A stretch of 64,000 nt of DNA from Antedon mediterranea (GCF_964355755.1 NC_092677.1:17568101-17632100); one strand, 5' to 3'. Shown: positions 13,511 through 28,102, numbered from the stretch's first letter. A program made the numbers and translations. The notes: generated by a model from the letters alone, not told the origin.

Positions 13511-14699
13511 GAGTGTTGACAAAGTGCGAGGCATGCGCGGCATGCCAAATATTTGTGCGAGGCATCATTTTATCATTTCCAAAAGTGCGAGGCATGCGAG
13601 GCATATAGTTTACAATTTCAAAAAGGTGCGAGGCATATCTTAACGTGCTATTATGCTATATTATAGGCCTAATAATCAATCGATACAAGCGTATCTAAAT
13701 AGATTCGTGTATACACTCATCATGTTGTTTATTTTTATGTAACGATTGTTTTTTCATTCAAGTCATATCGTGTCAAATTTTACTTTTACAAAAGTGCCCA
13801 AACTACGGTTCAAAAATCTGAACGACAGTCTTCAACTTTCGATAAACAATAATTGTTATAGCGACACACTCATCAAATGACTCCAATAGTCCAGTCCCTA
13901 AGGGGAAATGATGTTACCATAGTGGATACAAGTGTGCCCTTTGGCATGTTGATAGAACATGATATGGAGATACCAAAACAAAGTTACTGGAAATCTGATT
14001 TGACCTCTGTGACCTCTGACCTCAATTTTTATATTTCTATCTTAAACAGCCATATCTCCGCAACGGGTTTGACAATTGAAATGATATTGGTGTCAAATAG
14101 ATCAGAGGGTACATATTTATATTCGCTCTAATAGAACTTTTTCCAAAAAAACGACCAGAAATGTAATTTCTCAATGTTTTGACCTTTGACCTCGGCTTAC
14201 TATATCTCAATAACTACTGATCAAAATTTCTTGAAATTTGTTTCAAATTGTTAAGAGCATACATATTTATATATACTCTAATTAAACATGTTCTTCCAAA
14301 TCCACAGGAAATGTCATTTACTGACCTTTGACCTTTAATGTTTAAATATGTCTGTATCTCTGTAACCAAATGTCATAAAAAGTTCAACTTGGTGTCAAAA
14401 TGTTCAAAATGTAAACATTTATATTAGCTCTAATAGAAGATGTTATCATATTTTTACTGGAAATGCCAGTTTGAGGTATGACCAGGATATACTGTTAAGC
14501 GTGCGTGTTTCATACTTATAATAATATACCTAAAATATAGATTTAATGGACCAGAACTACATTCAATATCCTATTTAGCCTTTTACAATTTTCTTAAAAC
14601 TTAATGTTTAATTTAATTTCAATATATAATTCTATCGCATGGTAGGCCTACACCGTAAGAGTTAAATAACATTTTTAAAAAAGAAAGAAAATCAGGATC

Positions 14700-15500
14700 T
14701 TAAAGAAAGAAAAGAAGAATTAACCAATACGAGTTGATACTCATAAAACATATGACCTAATTATCAATTAATTGCTTGAAGTATGCTGAAAAAATAAAAT
14801 GTTTGAAACAGTGAGGAAAAAGCGAAGAAAAGAAAAACATATGTTTAAAATATTAGAAATCTGAAAAGGATCAAAGAAAAATTAATTACAAAGCTGATTT
14901 CTTTTCAAGAACATACTGTAGTGGAATATAAAAGGAAAACAAACCAGTGAGCAGTCAAAATTACCATCTTGGCTTGATGAGGCAATAACACATCCAGCTC
15001 ATAACACTATACAACAAAATCTTTGAAACCAGAAGAAATTAAGAGAAGCAATAATAATTATGCTTTAATCCACAAAAACATGACAAAACTGACATCAACC
15101 ATTACCGACCAAACGAACATTATAACATTTACACAAATAATTTACAAAAGTAATCAAAAACCAAAATCAGAGACCGACTAGAAGTAAATAAACCAATATA
15201 TAAGGCTTTATACAGTAGGACCATCTTATACAGTTTGTCAATCAACTAAAATAAAAAGGAAATGAATATCACCAAATCTTTGATTTAGAGATTATCAGAA
15301 AGCATTTGACTCAATAAAACAGGCATTACCATATATTAGAGGGAAATATTATACCTCAACAAATATTGATTACGATCGTTCAAAGAGAAGTTAAGAAAGA
15401 TTAGTAAGACAAGGCAACACTTAAGATCTTCACTGCATTGGAAGAGGTGTTTAATCAAAGAGCTAATCTAAAAAATAGAGTAAATATCACGTTAAAGACA
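14700..15500 (+). mobile_element. Highly degenerate LINE ORF2 remnant (RTE-like)
   Basis: Fragments DINHYRP and AFDSIK with many stops and indels. Confidence 0.45.
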
Positions 15501-15947
15501 AAATAAACAGTTAATTTAACCAAAATCACATTGACTTCCAGCCTATTTTTTGCTTTGAATTACAGTTTTTTTGGGTATGCACTATATCATGTTTCTTCAA
15601 TCCAATTTTTGGTGAAACTATTATGTGTGACATTAAAATTGCATATTCAACAAAAATATTTGTCAAAATTACTTTTGTCAGGGGGAAAATAAGTATATCT
15701 TTAATAGCATGTGATATTATTAGCAAATATTTCAAAAGTAGTTTTAAAACTTTCCCATTACAAACAATTGCCATAATTCTGATAACATTACAATACACCC
15801 ATCCTCTGGGACTTATTTTCAAATGTAGCTAAAAACTTTCCAGTACAATTCCGGCCATTTTGATGTGTATAGATGCATGCAGTAGCATTGGAAAAGCGAG
15901 AGAGGGGAGGTGGTTGGGGTGATGGAGAGACACATATTTTTTACATG

Positions 15948-16086
15948 TTTGTCTACACTATAAACTAGTTTAACAAAAAAGGTGTGATGTGCCCAAATAT
16001 GGTAGTGATATGTCATTCATCGTGTCCATATATGGGCACATCACATTTTTTTGTCGCATAAAAATGTTATAGTGTAGACAGAGTTT
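15948..16086. mobile_element. Short MITE, same family as 56273-56682
   Basis: TGTCTACACTAT...ATAGTGTAGACA TIR with internal inverted GATGTGCCCA/TGGGCACATC. Confidence 0.65.
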
Positions 16087-16411
16087 AACATTTGTGTAAC
16101 ATGTAACAAAAATATGTGTCTCTCCATCCACCCCAACCCCCTCCCCTCTCTCGATCTCTTTTTATAGATTATTAATTGCTAAATATATGCAAAACGATGG
16201 GTCATAGCTCAAAATGACATTTCCAATTGAATTCTGACAAAATATTTTGTTAGAGCAAATATAAATGTGTATATTCTAAACAATTTGACACCAAACTGAA
16301 CTTTTTAGGACAAATAGTTACCGAGATATTGACATATTCAAACATTAGAGGTCAAGGGTCAAAAAAGCTTAATTTATGGTAATTTTTTGAAAAAAGTTTC
16401 TATTAGACTAG

Positions 16412-18052
16412 GGGCCTGTTTCTGCTGCATAAAAATAACCGGTTAAAATCGGTGTGAATAAATTAAAATCGGTGTGAATAAATTAACTCCATTTTCTTGG
16501 CAGCAGAAACAGGACAAATTTGTGGTAACCGGTTAAAAGGCAGCGCAAAATAACCGGTTAAAAACACCAATTTAAATCGGTGTTAGAACGCCGTTTAACC
16601 GGTTATCGCTGAGCAATTCTTAGCTGCAACACGAAATAACGGTTATTTGATTGACAGTTGTGACCCCGGGTCAGATACCGTCGCATACGGTGTGTGTTTT
16701 CCTCGTGGTTTTGACAGTCGAACGAAGAAGTGAACATGTATGTGGATGAATGAAATCACAAGATATGTTATTCAGTTGTGGAGGGAGAGAAAGTACGGGG
16801 AAGGATGGCAGGCAATAGAAAAGAATCACAGATAATAAATAAGAGCATTTTTGCGAAAGTAAAAGAGGAATTTGGGGTGGAGTTCCGGGGACTACCCAAG
16901 CTAAGCAATTTGAGGCGTTTGTACACGCTCGCGAAGGGTATGGATGGTCCTATATTAACACCAAAACGGAAACAAAAGGGACTCAAAATGTTGCAAATAC
17001 CTACCAAACGATAGTAGATAATGGTTAATTGATTATGAAAACCCAAATTTTATAGCAAAAATCATCCGAATTTATGTTATAAACGATGAATTTAGCAATA
17101 AAAACTTAATCCAAACGAGCGTATTTATGGCACGCCCTTAGTGCCTTTAATAGGAGAACAATGAACAATCTTAATTTGATCGTTTTATAAAATTTTTTTA
17201 GAAAAACATCACATCGACCGAAAACAAAGGTTATGAGAGCCTTTGATAATATATTAAATATGATTTTATTAAGCATAGAAATGTGTTATTATTTATGTTA
17301 GTACATAATATTATGCGAAACAATGTTTAATACTCATTATTCTATTAAAGGCACTATGTGCGTGCGATATTCTATGACTTGGATACTCTCGTTTGATTTA
17401 AGTTTTTGTGGCTAAACTCGTCGTTTTTAACACAAATTCGGACGATTTTTGCTATAAAAGTTAGGGTTTCATGAATCATAATTAATTAACAATTATCTAC
17501 TCTCGTTTGGTAGGTATTGCAACATTCTAAGTCTCGTTTTTGTTTCCGTTTGGTTTTTTGTAGGACCGCGCGCTCGCGAAAGACAACAGTCGTTCACGTG
17601 GTAAGGGCCGTATCATCATCGCCTTTGTTGATGAATTTTAGGCTAGATAAAAATTATCCTAGGCGATCGGGCGCTGCACGACCCTCCCCATGTTATTGAA
17701 GGCGCCATGAGAATTAATTTTATTAGCGATCAGTAAGTAGGCTTTACAAAAAACAAAACTTGTAGATCTGTAGACAACATTTTATTATTTTAACATGTTT
17801 GAGATGTTCGGCGATATATGCACACGTGTGTACTGACGACGTCGATGTAAACAACAAACAGCCAACTTACTACTTCCGTCTGAGTGTATTGCATTTTGGG
17901 TAATGATGACGTTTTGCTCGACGACCACCCATAGATTTAACCGGTTATTTCGGAGCACAAATTGAGCAGAAACGCGGTCTTGTTATTGTTATCTATTTTT
18001 AATCTATTTAAAAATAACCGGTTAAATTGCGTTATGCAGCAGAAACAGACCC
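16412..18052. mobile_element. PIF/Harbinger-type MITE
   Basis: GGGCCTGTTTCTGCTGCATAA...TTATGCAGCAGAAACAGACCC, flanked by TAG and TAA. Many subterminal TAACCGGTTA palindromes. Confidence 0.75.
16946..17567. mobile_element. Foldback element nested in the Harbinger MITE
   Basis: GGTCCTA...TAGGACC ends with about 220-bp imperfect inverted arms (16946-17170 versus 17330-17567). Confidence 0.65.
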
Positions 18053-18968
18053 TAAATATTAGATTTATTTTCTTAACATTTTGAGCCCATTCTCAAATCT
18101 CTGAGATTGCGTGTTATTGAGATATTAGGCAATCAAGGTCAAAGGTCAAACTGAAAAATAAAGCCTTTGCGGCCATTTTTGTACAATTTTTTTCATTATA
18201 GCGAATATAAATATATATCTTCCAAGCATTTTGAAAAAAAAATAAATGTAAAATGTCCATGCGTTGTCAAGATATGGCGATTTTTAGTTATATAATAGAA
18301 AAATATAAAAATTGAGGTCAGAGGTCACAGAGGTCAAATCAGATTTCCAGTAACTTTGTTTTGGCATCTCCACACTATACTCTACCAAACTGCTATACTG
18401 AAAAATTTGTATCCAGTCTGGTAACATCCCACCCCTTTTTCTCCCCTTAGGGACTGGACTACAATGTTTGTTGGCATTTCGAGCGTGTTCACTCACATGT
18501 CTCTCGAACATAGCAGAGTAAAAATAATATTTTGTCACACCCCTGCGCCTAGATCCGGTAGACCCGAGAGATGGAAAATCCCTCTTTACTATTTAGCAGG
18601 TAGCGGAATGATTCAGCCCTCAGCTCAGAGGATTGTGGTGCATTCCCCTCCTATAGCACGTGGTTTCAGCAGCAACGCACAGACTTCTCTCTGAGCGGCG
18701 TGCCAAAGACATTTTTGACATTCCATTCTCTAGGAACAACACGTGTACCTCTCTCGCAAATAAGGTGAACAGCGATTGCCAGGACAAGTTCAATAACTGG
18801 CGGTGAATAAAAGGTAACTGATATGCCGATCCAATAACATGCCGCAAAGAAAAAAATTGCGACAGAATTCTGGAGCGCGTGTGAAAAAAGACTTACGTCC
18901 GACAATTGTAATACTAGGCCTAAAATTAAACTTCAGCTAATATGCTTAGCCCCAACCTAGATAAAGGC

Positions 18969-20510
18969 GGCGCTAATGCAGTTTCGTACCCACCCCTTAA
19001 AATTACTCAAAATCTTCATCCAACCTACTCACGAGTTGTCTACAACATTCTGCAATCATAAAATTGTAAAAAATCGAAATTTTTTTTTTATTATTCTATT
19101 TTTAATCAATTAATACTGAGCACCCTTCGGAAATACATCGCCAGCTTAGGTTCGACAAAATCATCGCTAGACCTGCCGATAAAAGTACGGAGGCCTCACA
19201 GGACATTAACTCTATTAATAGAGTAAACAGTTGCGTTCTATAGAGGGCGTAGTTACTAACGTTTAAAGCACGCACCAAATAATTATAATTTTCATTATTT
19301 CCGACATGCGTTTCGTATTTTTAATAAAGAAAAGAAATACTATACAATTGCTGTATTCATCATTGTGGGTATCATCATAATTATGTTATGTTTTTAATTT
19401 GTTCTTTCATTTGACTAGTAGAATTTCACACAGAAAAGAAGATAAATATGGAACTGCTGACCCTTGAAGATATAAGTACTGACCAATTTTCCTCTGTTTT
19501 AGTTTATTTTACATTATGGTTTGTAGGTCAAATAAATAAATGAAATGAATAAAAAGAATTACAGTACTTCATTACTGAGTTACATTTTTAATGTTATAAC
19601 ACAATAATCAAGCTATGACGAATTAATTGTTTTAGTATTTGTTATCACACTAGCTATACTAGACACGCTAATGGTTTCCCTGTTTTAAGATTTTATAGAA
19701 GTATATTATTATTAATAATTATTATTATTATTAATTAACATTTTTTATTCACCTATGAAAGACCTCTTCAAATACATGGAAATAGGAAATGCAACAAAAA
19801 CAGAAAGATATAATTTATTGAAATGTAATGTACAGTAATACAATAATTATAATAAAAATGTTTTCCATCAATTACTAGAATTTATTTTACTTCTGCTGAC
19901 ACTGAATACATCATTTCATGTCTTATATTTCTTCTTTTTTATCTTCTTTCCTGTTGTGTTTATTAAAATAAAATCAAATAAAACATTAAATAATGAAGCA
20001 ACTATTCATTAATTTATTTCAACAATATTTTATGAGGGGGGTCCATCCAGCCGAAGCTGATCATTAGGGACCCTTACAAAAAATATAATTTTACAAGACA
20101 ATAACACACAACATTCAAAATAAATAGAATTTCTAAAAATTAACAACATAATTAAACACAAAATATTTCTTTATGAAAAAAACTTAAAATCCGTTTCACG
20201 AGGAACATGTAAAAAATATTTTATTATCGCCATAATATGATCATAACAGCGTCCTCTATAGATCGATGCCCTATGAGGCCTCCCTACTTTCATTGGGAGG
20301 CCTAGCGATGATTTTCGCGAAGCTAAGCTGGCGATGGATTTCTGAAGGGTGCTCAATTAATTGATTAAAAATAGTTATAAATAAAAAATTATCGATATTT
20401 TACCATTTTATGCTTGCTGAAAGCTGTAGACAACTCGTGATTAGGCTAGATGAAGTATTGAAATCATTTTGAGTAATTTTAAGGGGTGGGTACGAAACTG
20501 CATTAGCGCC
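18969..20510. mobile_element. Merlin-type non-autonomous DNA transposon
   Basis: Perfect 45-bp TIR GGCGCTAATGCAGTTTCGTACCCACCCCTTAAAATTACTCAAAAT with 8-bp TSD ATAAAGGC (18961-18968 and 20511-20518). GG..CC ends plus an 8-bp TSD fit Merlin. Confidence 0.8.
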
Positions 20511-20666
20511 ATAAAGGCCTATGTAGAAAATAGTTTAATCAATTTTGATAAAATAATAATTGGTGTAATATTTAATAATGATACACTATTCCTGTTTTAG
20601 TAAGCTAGGTATATTACGAACGATTTTTATTTATTGTTGTCCATGTACGTACTAATAAACCTGGCG

Positions 20667-21497
20667 CTAGTTTCCTTCGCTTATATTTTTACTCCAAATT
20701 TGATAACTAACTTTATCGTGTGAATACCACACCTTAGAAGTATACCTCATGAGTACTTTAATGAAAGAATCACATAAAAAGTAACAAATATATCCTTAAA
20801 TTAATGATTTTACAGGCGTGTTTCTCGCACACTGTTCGCGAATTTCACTTATTCAATGTTCAATATTTTTGTTTCTATGGAGCGCCAAAAGAGCAACGAT
20901 AATAGAGGACTAAAACTCAGTGGAATGCGTCAATTTCTCATGCATTTATTGGTGAAAAACACGTTTTATTTCAATATATTTGTTAATTTGTCAATAAAAA
21001 TGTTGTAATATGTTACTGCTGATACTGTTCTGTTTTCAAAGAATAATAATCGATCCTAAATCAACATCACTACCTAGTCTAGACCTAGGACATCCTACTA
21101 AGGATATTATGATGAATTTTTCTATTTTATTCTTTAAAAGGTTAACGAAACCGTGTACATTATCAACAGTAACATTTTTCCTTACTGACAGTGACAAAAT
21201 CTATTGAAATTGTACTTGATTTTCACCAAATAATGCGTTAAATATAAATGGATTCCACAGAGTTTTTAGCCCTCTAATTAATTTTGCTCTTTTGGCGTTC
21301 CATAGAAACCAAAATATTGAACATTGAGTGTGCGAAATGCGAGAAAAACAACGTCTGTAAAATCACCAATTTAATGGATTTATTGTTACTTTTATGTGAT
21401 TTTTCTTCATTAAAGTAGGCCTACTAATTCTAAGCTGTGGTATTCAGGATAAAGCCTTGGTTAAATTACAAGGCAGGTGCAAAAGGAAACTAGCCTA
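20667..21497. mobile_element. Foldback element with about 350-bp inverted arms
   Basis: For example GTTCAATATTTTTGTTTCTATGGAGCGCCAAAAGAGCAA (about 20858) versus TTGCTCTTTTGGCGTTCCATAGAAACCAAAATATTGAAC (about 21284). Confidence 0.65.
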
Positions 21498-21691
21498 GCG
21501 GGCCTAGGCCTACTAGGCTACTTCAATTTCGGTGATTTCCTGCCTTGCAATTTTGAGAAATGATAAAATGATGCCTCGCATTTTTTGATGATGGTAAAAC
21601 GATGCCTCGCATAAATTTCTGACTTGCCTCGCATGCCTTCCCTGCCTCGCGTGCCTCGCTGCCTCGCACTTTGTTACTACCCGATACCAAG

Positions 21692-21845
21692 CAGTTTTCG
21701 AAGACATCTTTGGTGTCACTCGCATATATAGGTACAGGTATAACTAGAGAACTAGTTTTGCCTACACCAATTTTGCTCTTCGGAGTGATACGTTTCATTG
21801 ACCAGATTTTGTGCAGTCTTCGGAGGTCTAGGTAGGCATCCAATT
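21692..21845 (-). mobile_element. RTE-clade LINE fragment, upstream half of 13200-13510
   Basis: RRLHKIWSMKRITPKSK..SLVIPVPIYASDT..DVFENCL joins the other half at the duplicated GATACCAAG. Confidence 0.7.
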
Positions 21846-22090
21846 AAAAACAATACACCTGTCTCTAGGCCTAGCAGTAGTAGGCTGACCTAGGCCTAGG
21901 CCTAGTCCTTGCCTATTTTATCCTAAGGCCTAAGCCTATTTAAAACATTATTAGGGCTAGGTCTAGGCCTCTAACCTACTAGCCTACACTAACTAGGAAG
22001 TAATTTAATTAGGTTTAGGCTTCATACATATCTAATAATTATTTTCATAATTATACCTACCTACCTACCTACCTTGTCGTCTGTCATGGA

Positions 22091-22620
22091 CATTGTGTTC
22101 CATATACCCAAAATGATACCCCAGGAACACAATGCTTTAACATAAAACGGCCTCATATTACAGTGGTTTATTCATCATATATAATGCATTGTGTTCCATA
22201 TACCCAAAATGATACCCCAGGAACACAATGCTATAACATAGCAAAACGGTCTCATTGCTTATTGAAGTGGTTTATTCATTATAATTATATAATGCATTGT
22301 GTTCCATATACCCAAAATGATACACCAGGAACACAATACTTTAACATAGGAAAACGGCCTCATTGCTGCAGTGGTTTATTCATTATATTATAATGAATAT
22401 ATAATGCATTGTGTTCCATTATACCCAAAATGATACCCCAGGAACACAATACTTTAACATAGGAAAACGGCCTCGTATTGTGGTTTATTCATTATATATA
22501 ATGCATTTGTTCCATATTCAAATTCAAATTCAATTTTCATAGGAAAACGGCCTCATTGCTTATTACAGTGGTTTATTCATTATATATAATGCATTGTGTT
22601 CCATATACTCAAAATGATGG
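22091..22620. repeat. Tandem repeat, unit about 95-110 bp, 5-6 copies
   Basis: CATTGTGTTCCATATACCCAAAATGATACCCCAGGAACACAAT...AAAACGGCCTCAT...GTGGTTTATTCAT recurs. Confidence 0.9.
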
Positions 22621-23299
22621 TATACTTGGCTGCAAGTAACAAATATTCAGATACAAGTACTGTACATACACAAAATAAAAAATCTTTTATTAATTAGAAA
22701 AATATAATTACACAAAAAAATACGGGATATTGAATGATAAAGACAATTACCATCCCATCGGCTTTTTACTGCAACGCAGGACTTTCCACAGAAAAAAACT
22801 TATTTTGAAATCTGTAGTGTCAGAGTGAAAGAAATGAAATTTTAAACATTTAGTGTTGTAAACATGTACGACAGGCAATTTCTTTAGGTTACTAGACAAA
22901 ACAATGATTGGCACGCCATAGTTCTGATCATAATTATTATTTATTCATTAATCCGTCATGCTCTAAAAATAGAGAGTAGAGAATGCTCGATCGTCGAAAT
23001 GACGCTCTCCCTCAAACTATCCAATCACATCTTCCTTTAAAACTCCCTAAGTTGTTAATAATCAATGTCCATGAACATGTTCCTGTCTTCATTTTGATGG
23101 TCCGAATATACCTGCTCTATCGAGGCATTTTCGGAGTACCGCATTACCAAAATGTTCATTTTGTTTGAAGGTTTTTCGATCAAAGTTTATTATTAGTTCG
23201 TCGAAAAAGATCCGTACAGTATTTAGGAAGGATTTATTTAACTTTACATTATGTAATATTTGTTATTAAGTGTGATGGAAACAGTTTCTCTAGCCTATT

Positions 23300-23450
23300 A
23301 AACAGTGTGTAAGCATCTATTTTTTCAAAAATTTTCGGAGCCTCGGGAGGGGGGGACACCCCCTCCCAAACCCTCCCCCGCTCGGTGCTACGCACCTCGT
23401 TTGCCACTTTCGTGGCCACCCCCCCTCGTCAGATCCTAGATCCGCCACTG
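23300..23450. mobile_element. hAT-type element terminus
   Basis: Ends ...CCTAGATCCGCCACTG (CAGTGGCGGATCTAGG on the - strand) with a GC-rich hairpin GGGAGGGGGGGACACCCCCTCCC. The partner end was not identified. Confidence 0.45.
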
Positions 23451-26400
23451 CTTAGTATGAGGTTTTCACTGGTTGACGACCTGGTCATCCTCATTTATAA
23501 CCCTACCGAACGCGACTTTTCAGTACTACGTCTTCCTGAGTTCCGTTAACTTCGATATCGATTTCTCCTATATTGACTGCCATAATTCAAATGAATATTT
23601 AACATTGTGGTGGTTTCCCGTTGCCTTCCTCGCTATTTAAGTTAACTTGGACATCTCTAGATCGGTATTACACGATGGCCATTTTACACATGCGTCACAT
23701 GTGTCATGCCCTCAAATAATATATTACAATCTGATTGAGTTGAATTATCATGATGGATCATAATTTAAAGTGAACAATCGCTTTTCAAAATTTAGGTTTG
23801 TAAAAATAAAATTGTTTCTGGTATACCAATACTATTGTGTCAATAATGACAAATTTCTGGTGCAATCCTGGCATTGCCTGATCATATAATATCAACATAC
23901 CATAATGTTAATTTTCAGGTTCTGTAATATTTTCTTCTATACTCCTGCTTCCTCTCTGTGTTTTATTTCCTCTTTTAGATTCGAGAACTTATCCTTCTCT
24001 GATTTATGCGTGCCTGGCTTGATCAGAAAAACCTACCCCGTCAACCGATTTTGAATATTTACTAAATATCTGTGTCTTTCTTTCAGAAGGAGGAGTACCA
24101 TGATGATAGCTGCTATCAAGAATCGTACTACGATGAAGAAAGGCCAATAGGGCTAATAACCACGAGAGACACAGTACACGCAACCAAAGAGGCGCAAAAC
24201 AAAGTTACAAAACATTTGTGGCGCAATTAATTTCACATTCCATATAATAAAACTATGCGTCGTCACCTCCTCTGATCTTCTCTCACGCGCGGCGGTCGAT
24301 CGCATCGCCGTCCATGTTCGCGAAATAAACTTCCCGCGATCTTGCGACATGATAAACGGAATATTACTATAGAGAGAGCCCTGTGTTTTTTCTGAATATT
24401 TTATGGATGCGTGAGAAATAGCCACGTATGCCCGAGACCTAATAAATCGGCCCTCATGCGTGAGACGCGCGCATTATCCGGGAGAGTTGGCAGGTGTGTG
24501 CTATCGTAGCGTAGCTCTCTAGCTAGCCATCTGGGAGCCTCTTTTGACCTTGTCTTTTGTGATCGAGCATGGAACATGTTTAAATTAAAATTATTAATAA
24601 TTTAATTTTAAATATAGGCCTAGACCTACAGAAGCCCTATAGGCCTAGTCGAAGGCTAAAGTAAAATCTTTAAAAATTAAACCTAAACCGCTCAGTCAAA
24701 TTGACTCAAAGTTACGTCACTCACATCTACGTTTCCTTGCAAAATAAATTTATTATGGATACACTCTCCAGTGAACTTGTACTCTCCACAAATGTTTATA
24801 TTTAGGATAGTAATATACAAAAAATGTCGAATAGAAAATTCTACAATATGAGAAAATTAATAATTATAAATATTTAAGAATTTGTAAACCCATTCTTCTT
24901 TTATTAACAAAATGGGTACCGTATTTAAATGCCAATGACAAATATTTTAATGAAATTGATATTTAAAAATGGGTTCTTTCTTTTGTGAGCATTTTCTTGA
25001 AAACTATTTTCCTTTTTTTGGAATCAATATTTTTATTTTGTTTATTGTCATTTTCAACTTAAACAAAAATAAGACATTTTTATTTGTATAGTCAATTAAA
25101 ATATTTGGCATAGAGAACATGAGTTGAAGCCCCTACAATCTTATAATTATTCTTAATAGTACCTAGTGTAAGATGATAGCAATTGTATACACACTGTGAA
25201 ACAAGATACTAGAGGAAGTACGACCTTCCTGTACAGGTTTCCTATTGAGGTTTCCTTCATTACCTGTGTATAGATGCCTTCAATTCATAACGAAATAGAT
25301 TTAGCTAACTTCACAGGCAATACACATAACACAGGTATGTTGTTTTTTGCAAAATAGTTAATCATTCTTAATATTGCATTACAGTATTTAACATAATTAT
25401 ATTTTTTTAGTTGGCCTAGACAATAGAGAACGATGTTTTAATGTTGACCAAATCTAAGCCACACCAAATTCATAATATTTCAGCACAGGTTCGTAAAGAA
25501 CCCAGGGCATAGTTTGTGGAGAATTATGGGTAGCTTGGTGTTCTGCTTCAGTTCAGTCCCTGATGTTTTACAGCAGTTTATGGGACCTGCTGTTTCTATC
25601 AGATTCACTTGCACCCAATCCAAGTATAGCTTCATTTCTGCTGCAATAGAGATTATCAAACCAATATGATAGAAAGCCAGTGTACCTGTAATTTGTTATT
25701 GGGTTTTAATAATATTTTTTTTCTGTGGTCAATCTAGCAAATTACCGTTATGAAGTAAAAAGTAACAGTACATACACAAACTTAAACATACTTATTGTAT
25801 ACTTATTTTCTTGTATTGGACAATGACATAAATTATAATGAACTAACACTGCAACAAATTTACTACAGGATTAAGTTGCTAGAGAATACAAAGAGTATAC
25901 TTTAGTATTTGTGATGAGATGCGTTTTGCTATACATTTATTGCTAGTCTGTTTAGCACTTACCAATTCAATATATTGAACTTATGATTATGATTTTGTTC
26001 TTCAAGAATGGCAACACTCCACTTCATTTGTATCTGTGTTATGGAGATTGTACCGTGGAAATAGTGGAATTCTTCGTACAGCATGGTGCATCATTAACTT
26101 TGCAAAATAAGGTAATTTAAAATACACTTACTGTATGACAGTACTTACACATACTTATTACACACCTGTTTGTTTTCTTGTATTGGATCAACAAAAAATA
26201 AATAATTTACTCATTTCAAAATTAAATTATTTTCATTTGTGATAATATGATGTGTTTTGCTATACATTTATGGTTTTTATTATCACTTATCAATTACTTA
26301 TATAGCTGTTATGAATATTATTGAACTTATGATTATGATTTTGTTCATCAAGGATGGAAACACTCCACTTCATTTGTATCTGCGTAATATATCTTGTACC

Positions 26401-27146
26401 ATGGAAATAGTGACATTCCTGATTAAGCACGGTGCATCATTAGCATTGCAAAATAAGGTACATTTTTTATTCACAATTATGCCAGTACATACACAAACGT
26501 AATGTTCAAATGTTCACAATTATTAACTCACTGTATGACAGTACATACACAAACTTACACATATTTATTACATATTTATTTGTTTTTTTGTATTTGATCA
26601 ATGAAAAAGAAATGATTTACTCATATAAATTGAAATTATTTTCAAGACTTTGTATAACGATCCATAAGAGTGCATAAATTACTATGTAAAGATACTGTAA
26701 CAAAGGTAGACAATGACGTAAATTATAATGAACTAACACTTCAACAAATTTACTACAGGATTAAGTTGCAAGAGAATACAAAGAGATACTTTACTATTTG
26801 TGATCAGGGAGTATGTGTTTTGCTATACATTTATTGGTTTTCTATTTAGCACTTACCAATTACTTGCATAGCTGTTATAAATATTATTGCACTTATAATT
26901 ATGATTTTGTTCATCAAGGATGGAAACACTCCACTTCATTTGTATCTGCATAGTGCATTTTGTACCTTGGAAATAGTGACATTCCTGATGAAGCACGGTG
27001 CGTCATTATCATTAGGGAATAAGGTAATTTTTGTTCACAATAATACACAGTTACTGTAAAAATAATGTAACAAAGGTAGACAATGACGTAAATTATAATG
27101 AACTTAACTTCAACAAATTTACTACAGGATTAAGTAGCAAGAGAAT

Positions 27147-28102
27147 TAGACTTGCCCCAAGAAGTCTGTATTGTTTTTTATTTATTTGTTTTATTTCGGC
27201 CGCGATTTTTGTCTGAAAATACAGACTTGTGAAACACGTATAGAAATCGATTTGCAGACCGCAAACATCCGATAAGAATGACGTAGGTTATCATACCGTA
27301 TTTGGCTATATGGGGCGGGCGGTATGTAAATATGGATTTTCGAATCAACCAATGATCATTTTGTTTCAAAATGAAAAAGATCGAGTACGTACAGTGCTGA
27401 ATGTACGATCGAGACTGTTGAAATATGAAATCGTGTTGCCAATTTGTTTTGTTTATTAATTGTTTAGTCCTTAGCCTAGGCCTCCTTCGTAGGTCCTACT
27501 TAACTCGCACGTATGACCTGCCAAATAAAACGCCAATAAGGTAGGCCTACATACCACCACCGGCACACAACAGGATTCACACACAACAGACAGGGCTACA
27601 CTACACAGAACAGGACAGGGTCTGGGTGGGAATTAAATCAAATTATCTCCGCGTAATATTAAATGATCCATTCAATGTTTGATTTGCGGAGAAGCAAGAC
27701 GAGTTTTCTTGGGAAAAATCCCATCAAATTTTTACCAGACTACTACTAGGCATACGGTATAAAATCATTTCTAGCCTTCAGAAACTTTCATTAATGTACC
27801 CAAGTACACATTGTCTAAACGTAACATAGCGCATGCGTACCTTCTTAGTTGTTGAGTCTTTGAAATTCTGAAACATGAATATTAAAACTGTGTACGAGTG
27901 AGTAGCCAATCGCATGCAGTTGAAACTAGTCAACCGGATAATCTATGCACCAAGAATTCTTGGTGTCAAACCACGTGACTTTTGCGTGTTTCCCCAGACG
28001 GAGTATCCAAAATCAAGTAATACACGTATGAAACGCCATATGTGCAAAAATATTTATATTTTTACTAATATTAAGAAAAAACTCCGTCTGGAGCCCAGAC
28101 TA
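27147..28102. mobile_element. AcademH-like non-autonomous element in an ankyrin intron
   Basis: TAG...CTA ends with a short imperfect TIR and 9-bp TSD CAAGAGAAT (27138-27146 and 28103-28111). The empty site is visible in sister intron copies (about 26769 and 30121). Confidence 0.75.

Larger units (their letters stand above)
13887..18461. mobile_element. Academ-type non-autonomous element with long TIRs
   Basis: TAGTCCAGTCCCTAAGGGGA...TCCCCTTAGGGACTGGACTA (TAG..CTA ends) with 3-bp TSD CAA. The inverted homology runs for several hundred bp. Confidence 0.8.
13511..21682. mobile_element. MULE/Mutator-type non-autonomous element (8.2 kb including nested insertions)
   Basis: 9-bp TSD GATACCAAG (13502-13510 and 21683-21691). 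G...C ends, imperfect TIR containing ACAAAGTGCGAGGCA, and subterminal GCGAGGCA arrays in inverted orientation at the two ends. Confidence 0.8.

Noticed and set aside
13877-18538. Two ORFs sharing PKQSYWKSDLTSVTSDLNFYI on opposite strands
   Set aside because: They are the two arms of a terminal inverted repeat, not paralogous genes.
22091-22620. Repeat array with a superficial CRISPR-like period
   Set aside because: The whole unit repeats with no unique spacers, there are no cas genes, and the context is eukaryotic.
25272-25334. Possible ATG exon of the Roco gene (MPSIHNEIDLANF..)
   Set aside because: Its donor is phase 1, incompatible with the phase-0 ankyrin exon, and no homology is recognisable.
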